Below, piece by piece: positions 39,552 to 56,016 of a DNA stretch of 63,503 nt. Numbering within the stretch: position 1 is the stretch's first letter; the number at the start of each line of letters is the position of its first letter. The notes under the pieces are model-generated. The model was not told the origin of the DNA and ran no database searches. It saw only the letters and a list, made by a program, of their open reading frames with translations. The stretch comes from Eledone cirrhosa (taxonomy: Eukaryota), in assembly GCA_964016885.1 (NCBI GenBank), contig CAXHJY010001306.1:1-63503 (forward strand). Direction: 5' to 3'. Both the position numbers and the translations under genes were made by a program.

Positions 39552-40458
39552 ATACAGTGACAAAAAGGTGAAGTATAAACCATACTTAACCCCTCCCACC
39601 TACACACATAGCAATAAAAATGATGATGATGGCAATTATGATGCTAGACATTATATAAGCTAATTTATGTAAGAGAAGTGATGAGTCATGAAAGCTGATC
39701 TTTTTCACTGAGTAATGAAAACTAAGGTGTAATGGCAATGAAACCTAACCAAAAACTTTTTTTATGCAGCTATAAATATATATCTATAATATTAAATAAA
39801 AGTTACATACTAATTCAACTGTGACAAGAGTATGTGATGAGTGAGAGAGAGAGAATGGCGTCTTTATACCTCTCTGAAAAGAAAACAACTCATCATAACC
39901 CTGTCACCACACCTCCTATTCATTTTCAGGGCAGTTTAGTGCAAAAACCCATATCCTTTCAGGACCTACCTTGTCACACAATGAAGAGCTCCTCCTTCCT
40001 AGCTCTCATCTCATTTTACTGTCAAACATCAACAAACTTTCTATTCTGTTTAACAGCTCCTTAGTTAACATTGGACAGTCAACTGTCCTCTTTAGTCCAG
40101 CACTCTAAACTGGGTTCATATAAACTAAAGATATTCACTAAAATATTTGAGGGAGGAGGGGCTCATTAAAAAACAGAAGTTCCAACAGGGTTTGTCAGTA
40201 AAATGTCCATTCTTCACAATATTCTAAAACTTCTACTTCAGTTTTAAAATTTTATTTTATGAAATGTTTTCGTATTTGGGGCTTTATAAAATAAACATTT
40301 TTTTAATGTGTACATACATATTTTCTTTTATCATGTACAAGAGTTCTTTATAGGTCTCGCCCAGTAATATTTGCGGGGTCACACCATAAAAAAAAGTTGG
40401 AGACAACTGTTTCAGTCTATATATAACTCCCAGATGATTCTAGATGAATTAACCCTTT

Positions 40459-40845
40459 TGATATAAAACTGACCAAGGGCCCTGGTTCTATGATATAAAA
40501 CTGACCAAGGTCCCTGGTTCTATGATATAAAACTGACCAACGACCCTGGTTCTATGACATAAAACTGACCAAGGTCCCTGGTTCTATGTTATAAAACTGA
40601 CCAAGGGCCCTGGTTCTATGATATAAAACTGACCAAGGGCCCTGGTTCTATGATATAAAACTGACCAAGGTCCCTGGTTCTATCATATAAAACTGACCAA
40701 GGGCCCTGGTTCTATCATATAAAACTGACCAAGGTCCCTGGTTCTATGATATAAAACTGACTAAGGGCCCTGGTTCTATGATATAAAATTGCCCAAGGGC
40801 CCTGGTTCTATGTTATAAAACTGACCAAGGTTATATGATACAAAA
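40459..40845. repeat. 32-bp minisatellite (TGATATAAAACTGACCAAGGGCCCTGGTTCTA), about 12 copies, inside a MITE terminus
   Basis: Starts immediately after TTAACCCTTT at 40449; family 2 sequence resumes after the array. Confidence 0.93.
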
Positions 40846-41246
40846 CTGTTTATTTTAAAATGTCTATATTCAAATTAAAACCTTCCACCAGAGGCTTAAG
40901 TAAGAACCTTTTAATATGTGTTTCGCAAACCAACTTGATAATGAAGGAGTCAGTTATTTTCAAAAATGTTTAGATGGTATATTTTGTTAGAAATATGGTA
41001 GTGAATCTATGACAATTCCTCTACAACAATTCAAACTTAATTTGGTGAAGCCTAGGTTATAGTAGAAAACATTTTCCAAAGGGTTTCCACAAAGTTTTTG
41101 TCTACCAAATTCCACTCATCTTTCATTACCATACTTCTAATGAAAGCCACTGCCTGTCTTTTCAAACGATTTTGAAAATAATCAAGAATATGGAGAGATT
41201 TAGTAATATAGCTTTCTCATTATTAAGCTGGCATTTTGAACACAAC

Positions 41247-41473
41247 TTAACCCTTTAGCATTCCCATTACTCTTTATTTACTATTGTATTTTCACAGTAA
41301 AGACTTTATCTTACATAATTATCTCACATAATACTGAATACAAGATTTTGATGTCATTTATTTTGAAAACAATACCTCAATGTTGGTATGAGCCACGAGT
41401 TACTGATAGTTTGAACAGAAAGAGGTGAGAGAGTTCTGGCTGGATATGGCCGGTTTAAATGCTAAAGGGTTAA
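41247..41473. mobile_element. piggyBac-like MITE (family 1)
   Basis: TTAA-CCCTTTAGCATT...AATGCTAAAGGG-TTAA: perfect 12-bp TIR and TTAA TSD. Confidence 0.88.
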
Positions 41474-41858
41474 AGATTCTTATAGAGAATTATGACAGGT
41501 TTTTAGATAAATTTAAACACTTTAACCCTTTTGCCACAATATCTCCAATGAAAGACATTGGCTATGATACTCAAAATGAACATAACCAAAAATTTGGAGG
41601 GATTAGCAAGTATATATGTGTGTTAGTATTAGTAAGCTACCATTTGGAATATAACACTTTTGATACTAAATTGCTCTTCGTTCTACAATACAAAGTTGTA
41701 TGACATTTATTTAAAAAATTTTCAATCATAATTTTATGTAAGAACCTTTGTTGGGTTATGTTCCAAACCTCATGTTAATAATGAAAAAGTAAGATATGTT
41801 ATTAAATCTCTTCAAATTCTTGATTATCTTCAAAGTTATTTGAAAATCATTAGCAGAG

Positions 41859-42161
41859 TCTTCTTCTTTGCCCACTTATTCCTGAGAGAATTGTGGGAGC
41901 AGAGTCCTCAAACACTCCTTCCAGCGGGTCCTGTCAGAAGCAACTGTCTCCAACTGATCTGGTTGGATCCCCAAGCGAAACCAGCCAAGCTCATGGATGT
42001 TATCCGATCATCTTGTCCGAGGTCTGCCGCTGGATCTCTTGCCAGTTTGTTTTACCCGTAAAATCTGTCCAGTGATTCTTTTCTGAGATATTCTAACCAC
42101 ATGTCCATAGTATCGGAGCTGTAATCTCTCAATTCGGAGAAGTAGCAGCTCTACATGGAGT
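41859..42161 (-). pseudogene. RTE-group LINE 3' end
   Basis: LLLRIERLQLRYYGHVVR...GKRSSGRPRTR*SDNI...DRTRW, followed by a (GAA)n tail. Confidence 0.85.
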
Positions 42162-42625
42162 GCTGTTCATTATCCCATTGAATTTCTCAACAATCCGGAA
42201 CTGTCTTGTATGCTGCCACACAACCTTCAATTGAAGAAGGGCACATTCACCATGCTTCTCGGAAACTTGGATTAGCCAAGATTGTGCAATGGGACGCGTA
42301 TGGTTGTGATTAAACTATAGTGTCACATTATCAAAGCCCAAATCCTCACTGGATGTGGTAAGGGTGACAGTGTATTTAAACCTAAAATACCGCTAATACA
42401 ACAGATGTCCTCTTTTGTTTCAAATGATTGCAATTCCCAATGAGAATCAGTTACGCAATATGTACTAACAAGTCCCTGCAGGTTGTTGGTCTCCATCTAG
42501 AAGAGGCCTGTTTCCTACATGGTCCATTGTATATAGGTTATTCCAGACTAGGAAGATCCCACAAACTCTCCATATATGCTCCAAAGAAAAAAGTTAAAAA
42601 CAATGTATATACCGAAGTTCTGTAA
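42162..42625 (+). pseudogene. Helitron RepHel PIF1-like helicase C-terminal remnant
   Basis: YPIEFLN...PHNLQLKKG...LCNGTR...ILTG...QFPMRISYAICTNKS...HGPLYIGYSR...NNVYTEVL*, with stops and a frameshift. Confidence 0.9.
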
Positions 42626-43466
42626 ATGTTTTATAATTTTCATAGAATACATTTTTCTGCTATTTTCTTCATTACTTTCTGTATTTAGATATTCTAAATG
42701 GATTTTTAAAATTATGTTATAAAATATTTAAATACATTTTGGTGACAATAGGTGATTTATGAATAGCTTACAGCACAGTACAGACCAGGATGAAGGCTGG
42801 GCAGCCTCTAGTAATGAATAATTTAAGTAAATCCCTGAAAATTCTTCACTGATTAATTAAAATAGAGTGTATATCATTAGAAAGGCAGTCATGAACAGAT
42901 TAAAGCTTTTGTGACCATATTTCTAATGGAATATAAAGCTTCTTACATAAAATTATGATGGAAGGTTTTAGAAATATATATATATTTTAACCCTTTCGTG
43001 ACCAAATTTCTAATTAAAATATATTCAGTCTTTGTGTTCTACTTCTCCAAAGTAATCAACAATTACAAGAGATTTAGTGAAATAATAATAAAAGATAAAT
43101 ATTTAACAAGTGAAGTTGAATATTATATCTATAATGTAATGATATAGGTATGGGTGTAATAGAAACTTGGAACATTTTAAATATAGGTGGGTTTTGGGTG
43201 TGTTGGTATTTAAAGGATTAAAACAGACAGTATTGTGGAAACGAATGATTTGGTATAAAAAAAGATAAGCATGTCATGCAATGGGTGTAAAATGAGGTAG
43301 GCAAACAAACAACTGTGGCCTGCATGCACTTCCAAATTGAGTCAGTCATGTAACAGACACCACCTTGTAAATACAAAAGAACCTTCCATGATGACTTGGG
43401 GAAAAATAATATATACACTAATTACTTTTTCAATAATATTACAAAAACTATTTTGCAAGTCATATA

Positions 43467-43803
43467 TCATCAATGTTTAACGTCCGTGTTCCACGCTTGC
43501 ATGGGTTTGGACGGGGGTTTTCCCACTTGAGGCAAGAGTGATTGTCTTGCTCGCATAGGACTGTCTGGCGAGTTTTCTACAGCTGGATGCCCTTCCTAAC
43601 ACCAACCACATTTACAGTGTGGGGCTGGGAGGTTTTTACCGTGTTGCCTACACGGCCACATTACAGCGTGGACTGTCTGGCGGGTTTTCTACAGCTGGAT
43701 GCCCTTCCTAACACCAACCACATTTACAGTGTGGGGCTGGGAGGTTTTTACCGTGTTGCCTACACGGCCACATTACAGCGTGGACTGTGTTTTTTGTCGT
43801 GAC
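43467..43803 (-). mobile_element. RTE LINE 3' UTR fragment with an internal duplication of about 112 bp
   Basis: Reverse of the family tail; GGACTGTCTGGCG...CAGCGT occurs twice. Confidence 0.85.
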
Positions 43804-43949
43804 CTAAGTGACATATGTACGTATATATATATATATATATATATATATACGCATGTATGTATATTCACACCCATACACACACATCATCATATATCTACTT
43901 TTCAGGCTAATAATCATATATACATACAAAAAAAAAAACACAGGTGAGT

Positions 43950-44290
43950 GTATGTATATATATATATATATACACATATATATATACATATATATACACA
44001 CACACACATATATACACACTTATATACACATATATACACACATATATACACACACACACACATGTATATATACACACATGTATATATATACACACACATA
44101 TATACACACATATATACACACATATATACACACATATATATATACACACATATATACACACATATATATATACACACATATATATATATACACACATATA
44201 TATATACACACACACACACATATATATATACACACACACACACATATATATATAAACACTCACATATATATAAACACTCACATATATAGA
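43950..44290. repeat. (TA)n/(CA)n microsatellite
   Basis: Direct inspection. Confidence 0.93.
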
Positions 44291-45218
44291 AATATCCAAG
44301 GGTAAGAGCACTCAGTCCATGAGACATGTTAAGTATAATAGGTTACTAATTTGAATATCAAGGAATTTGTTTTCTTTGAATTACTAAATTGGCATAAATT
44401 CCTTAAATTTGGTATCAGTTTTAGGATAGATACCTCCCTTTAACCTACCTAATAATTTTGGTTATTTATAACTAATTTCATAATTACCTCCCTAGAAGAG
44501 CTCTCATATACTCTTTCCCCAAAAGATTTCATTCAACCATTGTAGTGGCCATGTTTCTTTATGTAACAGGCTGAATGAGTTGGGGTAAATAACCCAACTA
44601 AACTTGTACCTGTAGATGTCACTGTTGTAACTAATTATATATATATATACACACACATACACACATATATATACACACACACACACACATGTATATATAT
44701 ATACACGTATGCATATATATAAAAATGAGAAAACTCATCGTTAGAACAGCCAATAAAACAGCTAAATGTTGTCAAAGACAGCAATAAGCAAACATTCCTC
44801 AGAAGACAGACCAGAGACACAATCCACAGGGTGGGTGACAGGCAGATGAAATATAGTAAAGATTGAAAGAGGAGGAAGACAAGAAATGTTTTGGCACATA
44901 GAAGTGACTGGAAGAAGGAAATGAAGAAAAGCAATGTAAAAGACAAGTTAACACACACATCTTCACTCTCATCAGCTCTCAAACCAGCAAAATGGTTTTG
45001 CAAGATTTAATTGAGAGTACCATTTTAAAATGCTGGATCATGCAACAGAAAAATAAATGTTTTTGCTGGTATGATGTATACTTGATAAAACACAAATAGA
45101 AGGATGAAAGAAAACAAAGAAAAGAAAATAGGGATAGTGGACCTCAAGCTGTGTCTGTCCTACATAGAAAGCTAATCATAGATACGATAAAGTTAAAGAA
45201 AAAAAACAATGTTGTCCC

Positions 45219-45435
45219 TTAACCCTTTAGCATTCACATTACTCTATATTTACTATTATATTTTCATGGTAAAGGCTTTACCTCACACAATTATCTCACA
45301 TATATCGAATCTATGAGATTTTGAAAGTATTTATTTTGAGAACAACACCTTAACATCAGTTTGAGTGACCAGTTTTGGCCAGTTTCAACAGAAAGAGGTA
45401 GAGAATTTGGGCCGGTTTGAACACTAAAGGGTTAA
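45219..45435. mobile_element. piggyBac-like MITE (family 1)
   Basis: TTAA-CCCTTTAG...CTAAAGGG-TTAA. Confidence 0.88.
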
Positions 45436-45539
45436 CAGCTGTTCTAGCAATGAGTTTTCTCATTTTTATATGTATTCAAAAACTCTTTCGCTTCGTCTCA
45501 ATCAGAGGCAACATTGTTTTTGCCTTCAACAAGCCATCT

Positions 45540-45846
45540 AGTCTCAAGAGGGACAATACCCATCCAAACCATGCTAGAGTGGAAGATAGACGTTAAACGA
45601 TGATGATATATATATATATATATCATCATCATCATCGTTTAACGTCCATCTTCCATGCTAGCATGGGTTTGGACAGGAATTTTCCCACTTGGGGCAAGAT
45701 TGGTTGTCTTGCTCGTATAGAACTGTCTGGCGGGTTTTCTACGGCTGGATGCCCTTCCTAACACCAACCAGGTTTACAGTGTGGACTGGGAGGTTTTTAC
45801 CGTGTTTTACTGTGTGTTTTTTTTGTCGTGACACCTACACGACCTC
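45540..45846. mobile_element. Two RTE 3' ends tail-to-tail around (TA)n (45540-45607 plus strand, 45623-45846 minus strand)
   Basis: GACGTTAAACGATGATGA-(TA)n-TCATCATCGTTTAACGTC. Confidence 0.85.
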
Positions 45847-45989
45847 ATTTATTTAGGACTGGATGTTGTAGGGAGGGGTAGGGAGGGGTGAGGGAGGTGG
45901 GGTTATGTTGGCCATCCACGGCCGAAATAAAGTATATATATATATTGTACAAGCTGAAGCATATAGACAATATGCCACCACACCCTCCC

Positions 45990-46250
45990 ACTGTAAGGTG
46001 GTCGTGGAGGTGCCACGGAAAAAAAGCACCCAGCCCACACTGTAAAGTGGACGTGTAGGCGCCACGAAAAAGCACCCAGCACTCACTGTAAATGAGGTTG
46101 GTGTTAGAAAGGGCATCCAGCTGTAGAAATCAAGCCAAATCAGTTCCTGTATGAGCAAGGCATGGTCGGCCGACCAGACACTGCCCACAACAGGACAACC
46201 TGTCTAACCCATGCTAGTGTGGAAGAACGGACGTAAAACGGTGATGATGA
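45990..46250 (+). mobile_element. RTE-tail retroposon 3' region (variant)
   Basis: Two copies of the GGTGCCACGGAAAAAAGCACCCAG unit, GTTAGAAAGGGCATCCAGC, and a GGACGTAAAACGGTGATGATG tail. Confidence 0.8.
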
Positions 46251-46439
46251 TATATCATCATCAATTTACCTGCAAGGGTGGGACATATATATGTCCCACC
46301 CTTGCAAGGTGTATATATATATATATATGCACACACACATACACACACATATATATATGAACACACACATATATATATGCACACACACACATATATATGC
46401 ACACACACACATATATATGCACACACACACATATATATA

Positions 46440-46472
<33 letters not shown>

Positions 46473-46488
46473 GCACACACACACACAT

Positions 46489-46526
<38 letters not shown>

Positions 46527-46794
46527 GCACACACACACACACATATATATGTATATATATATATAACACATATATACACAAACATATACACACACACAAA
46601 TTTATATATACATATATATCCACACATACATATACTCATACACATATACATATCTATAAACACACATATATATATACATACATATACCGACAGTCGATCG
46701 ACAAGATCCCGGACCTCAACAAATCGGACCGAGGGAACAAAGTTTCCATTGGTCTTTACAATTGCTAATACTATCTATCAGTTGCAACTCCAGG

Positions 46795-46920
46795 TAGAAG
46801 GAGCAACGTGAAATAAAGTGTCTTGCTCAAGGACATAACGCATCACCTGGTCCGGGAATCGAACTCACAACCTTACGATTGCAAATCTAATTCTCTAACC
46901 AGTCAGACACATGCCTTCAC
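46795..46920 (-). mobile_element. CORE-SINE head plus CORE fragment
   Basis: Minus strand GTGAGTTCGATTCCCGGACC (B box) and CCTTGAGCAAGACACTTTATTTCACG. Confidence 0.75.
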
Positions 46921-47106
46921 TTCATACACACACACATATGTGCATGTATGTATGTGTGTATATATATATATATTTATATATATATATAGTTTCGTTGACA
47001 AATATATCAATGTGCCCAGACGCGCAGATATATTGCCCTTTTATTAACCTTGTTCTGGTGACGCAGCTTCATGGAGCATGCAACTATTGATATACTCTTG
47101 TTTATA

Positions 47107-47153
47107 GGCTCTGATGATTCCTGCCTTAGGGTATGGATGAAACACTGTTAGCT
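47107..47153 (+). ncRNA. Type I hammerhead ribozyme motif
   Basis: GGCT-CTGATGA-stem II-GAAAC-ACT-GTT|AGCT; stem I GGCT/AGCT; AATAAA follows. Confidence 0.6.
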
Positions 47154-47191
47154 AATAAAACAATGTATTTCTAAGATACTCTTTGGTTATT

Positions 47192-47235
<44 letters not shown>

Positions 47236-47390
47236 GATCAAAAGATGGTTAAAAGAATTCCAAGTATTTTATTATGCACATTTCAAAAACAAATATCATC
47301 ATGGGATGATATCTGCGTTCCCATCAGATAAAATAGGGATACATGATATGAAGCTTAAAAAACACTTGTGAGCAGTGAAGTTTTAAATCA

Positions 47391-47423
<33 letters not shown>

Positions 47424-47432
47424 GCATTACAA

Positions 47433-47520
47433 GGGGTCTGATGAGCCGCAGATTACAGAGTCGGGTAAGGTCGATACAGATCGAACCTTGAGCTGATCAG
47501 TGGTGAAACGCGTGTCTCCA
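47433..47520 (+). ncRNA. Type I hammerhead ribozyme motif with extended stem II
   Basis: CTGATGA(47438)-GCCGC...GTGGT-GAAAC-GCGT-GTC|; second copy on the minus strand at about 51555-51645. Confidence 0.65.
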
Positions 47521-47686
47521 ACCAATAAACATAATGAAGGAGTAACCAATCGTCCTTGTTATCTTATTTAACTGTAATACACTCTGTCTAGCTCTACACC
47601 TCGACACTGAAGTGAATCTAAACATTGAGTGCTCACCCGGGTGAACCTACAGTAACTCCAAGTTACACTCCCTGGAGATTATATAT

Positions 47687-48020
47687 CATCATTCATCATC
47701 ATTTCATTTTACGTCTGCTTTTTCCCTGCTTGCAAGGGTAGGACGGGAACTGATGCTGGCTTGATTTCTACAGCTGGATGCCCTTCCTAACACCAACCTC
47801 ATTTACAGTGAGTGCTGGGTGCTTTTTTTGCCGTGGCACCTGCACGACCACTTTGCAGTGGAATGATAAGGACCTCAGTCCCTATCATCTCATTTCTACA
47901 GCTGAGTAAACTGGAGCAATGTGAAATAAAGTTTCTTGCTCAAGGAAACAACAGAGAATTGAACTCACAACCTTTCGATTGCAAGGCCAATGCTCTAACC
48001 ACTAAGCCATGTGCTTCCAT
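47687..48020 (-). mobile_element. tRNA/CORE-SINE with RTE tail
   Basis: Colinear with 16231-16566. Confidence 0.88.
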
Positions 48021-48055
48021 ATACATATATAATATACATATATATATATATAAAT

Positions 48056-48086
<31 letters not shown>

Positions 48087-48089
48087 AAT

Positions 48090-48178
<89 letters not shown>

Positions 48179-48243
48179 AATATATATATATATAAATATA
48201 TATATAAATATATATATAAATATATATATAAATATATATATAA

Positions 48244-48276
<33 letters not shown>

Positions 48277-48315
48277 AATATATATATAAATATATATATA
48301 AATATATATATAAAT

Positions 48316-48861
48316 ATAAAATATTAAACAAATAATGAACAAACAATTCCTTATATTAAACAAAAAAAGTTCACTATTTAACGATCGTTTCTAGGGTATA
48401 TATGTGTTATAATTGGTATGCATATTCAACAGATCTATGTACAAAATTATACAAAATTATACAAATTATCAAGATTAAATATACATACCTAACACATATA
48501 TACGCCGTCTTCAGAAATAATTATTATTTCTGAAGACGGCGTATATATGTGTTAGGTATGTATATTTAATCTTGATAATTTGTATAATTTTGTATAATTT
48601 TGTACATAGATCTGTTGAATATGCATACCAATTATAACACATATATACCCTAGAAACGATCGTTAAATAGTGAACTTTTTTTGTTTAATATAAGGAATTG
48701 TTTGTTCATTATTTGTTTAATATTTTATCTTGACTCTGTATACCGTTTATCTTTCACCGAAAGTGGATTTTCATTACATCTCTTCTTCCCATGATATCCG
48801 GAATACATTGAGTTCTTCATACGGATTGGACACTACCGTAAACTCTTGGTAGATTTATCTA
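48316..48861. mobile_element. Penelope-like terminal fragment with a 413-bp palindrome (48316-48728)
   Basis: 206-bp arms around a single base at 48522; embedded in (TA)n; each arm carries a hammerhead motif. Confidence 0.75.
48525..48669 (+). ncRNA. Type I hammerhead ribozyme motif with about 115-nt stem II (mirror copy on the minus strand, 48375-48519)
   Basis: TATTT-CTGAAGA...GTATATATGTGTTA/TAACACATATATAC...GAAAC-GATC-GTT|AAATA. Confidence 0.7.
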
Positions 48862-49473
<612 letters not shown>

Positions 49474-49943
49474 TGCTAGACAGAAAGAAAGATAATAAAT
49501 GAAACCTAAGTAGTTTAACATGAAACCTTGTTTATTGGGCAGGTAAATAAACAAAAATATGCTTAGTCATTGTGTAAATCAATTTACTGGTTAGGGCAGC
49601 CAAAATAGATATACACACATAACAAGCTATACATCTATATATACACATATACATACACATGGGAGGACCCTTCAGTTGTGTCAAGGACATGACAACTCTC
49701 ACACCCATATATATATATATATATATATATATACACCCTTTTGTTCTGTTTATTATAATAAATTACTGTATTTTCAGCTGTTTTAACTTCACCCTGTTTC
49801 CAATTTTTTTATATTGCTTTTGTAAAAAAAAAAAACGATATAAAAATAATAATAATAATGAAATTATTGTGTAAAGTGCTCAGGTGCACTACAACTCGTC
49901 AAAGGTGCATGTATAGTACATAGAATAATACACAAATATCTTT

Positions 49944-49984
<41 letters not shown>

Positions 49985-50021
49985 GAAATTATATAAGATA
50001 TTATGTAAGTAAATAAAAAAA

Positions 50022-50056
<35 letters not shown>

Positions 50057-50376
50057 TTTACACACACACACACACACACAGGTGGGTCGGCTGAAAATTT
50101 CATAGATTGACCAAGATACTCTCATGAAATGACCAAATAAGGTTTTGTTTTTCCCTGGAAAGAAATCATGCAGTTATTAATAAGAACAGTTGAAATTATA
50201 TGCATGCAAGATTTCACAGCTCTAGCATCACTTCATAAAACTTCCCAATCAGGAGTGAGGGAGACCCTCCAGTTGTTTGAAGGACGTGACAACTTCCCTA
50301 GTGTTGGTTATCTACACGCTAAACCTACTCAGTACACACTGTAAAGTGGAAGGGCATCCAGTCATAGAAAACAGGC

Positions 50377-50407
<31 letters not shown>

Positions 50408-50743
50408 GTCAGGTTGACTCTTCAGTTGTGTCAAAGACATGAGAACTGCCCCATGATATAATATACTTGGTAGAATGTTGAACTGTATGTAACCAAGATG
50501 CAAACCCCTGGCTGCCTGGGAGGTCAGTGCCCCCCCCCCCCCCCCCCCGACTCGTCTGGGTGGTCCGACACACACATATATATATATATATATACACATA
50601 TTTACACATGCACACACACATATATATATATATACATACACACATACATACACACAAATATTTATGTGTGTATTTATTTAAGCTGATAAAGAAATGCTAA
50701 ATCATTGTGGTTGTAAGAAAGACTATTCTCGGCTGGTGTTTAT

Positions 50744-50827
<84 letters not shown>

Positions 50828-50882
50828 CATACACACACTATATATATATATACATACATAGACACATACATACACATATATA

Positions 50883-50926
<44 letters not shown>

Positions 50927-50951
50927 GACACACACACATATACAAACACTC

Positions 50952-51026
<75 letters not shown>

Positions 51027-51507
51027 TATACATATACACACATATATAGTTCATTGAATTATATAAACAATAGCTGTCAAAAGTATCTCCTCCATCTCTG
51101 GTTCACTGAATTCCGAAAAACTCAAAGAATGGGGGTGAGTGAAGTGGCGTTGGGTGAATAATAAAAATGTCAACAACAGACTCTTGACTGTTTAGTCTAC
51201 ACGCAATTGTTGAGACAATAGCTTTATATATGTATATGTATATATATATGTGGAGGTGGCGGGGTGGACTAAACTGGAAAACCTCACCAAGGTATGAGAC
51301 TATAGTCACTAACTTAAAATCATGTCAAAAGGCCTTCAAAATGTTTTAAAATAAACACAGTATATTATTAAATAGACAATACATACAATCACGGGATCTT
51401 ACTGGTTCCTATTACCCACTCTACTACCCTAAGTATTGAGTACTTTGGTGCGTTATGGTCCACCTGGTTCCTTACCACATTTCCTTCGTTATACATATAT
51501 ATATATA

Positions 51508-51749
51508 TAGAAAGGATAAAAAGGACGATTGATTATTCCTTCAATGCATTTATTGATAGGTGACGCGTGTTTCGCCACTGATCAGCTCAAGGTTCGATCT
51601 ATATCGATCCTACCCGACTCAATAATCGGCAGCTCGACGGACCCTCTTAAAATGCTATGTATAACTTTACACATCATCACAGAAGTGAACCTAAACATCG
51701 AGTGCTTACCCGGGTGAACCTGCAGTAACTCCTAGTTACACCCACTGGG

Positions 51750-51750
<1 letters not shown>
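51508..51750. mobile_element. Second copy of the 47423-47680 hammerhead-bearing element, partly inverted
   Basis: 51510-51657 is the reverse of 47423-47565, while 51682-51750 is direct with 47609-47677. Confidence 0.7.
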
Positions 51751-51782
<32 letters not shown>

Positions 51783-52096
51783 AGGTAATGAATTCTTTTA
51801 CAATGGAATCAGCTCGAATGAGGAAAAAATATCCCCTGAGCAGTGTATAAATTAATATATATGTGATGAAACACAGATACCAACACATCTGTATATATAT
51901 TGCGAAAGAAAAATTTAGCCAGATTGAAGTATACTAATTATTACAGTTTGTCCATATCGATTTAAAATAATAAATCAACGGAGACGAACTGTATTGGCAA
52001 AAGGCCGTGATGTTTAGACACATTTAAATTTCAAAATCAAACCTGTTCCGTAGATAAGTTTAGACTTTAAGATCCAAATATGTTTCGAGTTAAATA

Positions 52097-52218
52097 AGTG
52101 TAGGAATATCATGTCCCGCTCTCCTCAGTAAACATCCAGAGACAAATTGATATGCTTCACTTCTAAAATTTGTCTCTGGATGTTTACTGAGGAGTGCGGG
52201 ACATGATATTCCTACACT
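52097..52218. repeat. Inverted repeat with 52-bp arms and an 18-bp spacer
   Basis: 52097-52148 versus 52167-52218; contains CTGAGGAG (a CUGANGA half-core). Confidence 0.85.
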
Positions 52219-52219
52219 A

Positions 52220-52689
52220 CAATTATTGACATAGTGCTGGGCCCATGGTACCATGTGACGACAAGTGCAGAGAGATCTCCAGATATAAAGCAATGCCTGT
52301 GCCGTGAAGCTTTTATAGTGAGCAAAGACACTGCACAGAGCCAGTCCCACTCTCTTAACCAAGATCATATTTACCAAAAAGAAGAACAAGTCAACATCAT
52401 TGGATACCATCAGAGTTGCAGGTGTTATATCAGAGTTTTCCTTCTCCTAGAATTCTGCCTTGACAAAGGCTAAGGGGTCATCTCTCCCGGTGATTTTGGA
52501 TGGCCATTGACTCTTAAGAGCTCCTTTGCCCTTTGACAGGTTTTGTTTTTAGTCCTGCAGGATGTCCAAAGTCACCCTCCTCACCAAGAAACCTTGGTGG
52601 GGTTGCCAGTTTAGTCGCCAACGACCCGACCATGGGACAGGTTGTACTGGGATACATGTTACCAGTAGCACCAACTGGTGACCTGACAT

Positions 52690-52690
<1 letters not shown>
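52220..52690. mobile_element. Dispersed repeat, probable RTE 5' UTR fragments
   Basis: 52220-52376 is direct with 29075-29232; 52390-52482 is inverted relative to 29241-29333. Confidence 0.6.
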
Positions 52691-55800
<3,110 letters not shown>

Positions 55801-56016
55801 GTATTTACGTATCGAGAAAGAGAGAAAAAGGAGGGATAGGTGATACATATAGTTATTTGCCAAGTAGCGTATGCCAAAAGTGCTCGATACTAGTGCCGGC
55901 AGTATTAAATATTTGAAGTGTTAATATTTAGTGGGCTAGAGAGTTAGCAGAGCGTAAGCACGTGGGAAAGTAAATAATCGGAGAATAGACCTTTTAAACA
56001 TGTTTATTTAAAATAT

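Noticed and set aside
42162-42625. Host PIF1 gene
   Set aside because: Intronless, with stops and a frameshift, and a C-terminus typical of Helitron RepHel (NxVYxEVL).
44720-44990. Possible hammerhead on the minus strand (CTGATGAGAG near 44975)
   Set aside because: No intact GAAA or stem III found; too degenerate to call. Similar partial motifs near 16700-16800 and 17195 were also left uncalled.
50079-50145. Mariner-like TIR fragment, and a hAT-like end near 40375-40410
   Set aside because: Only a recalled resemblance; no matching second terminus or TSD located.
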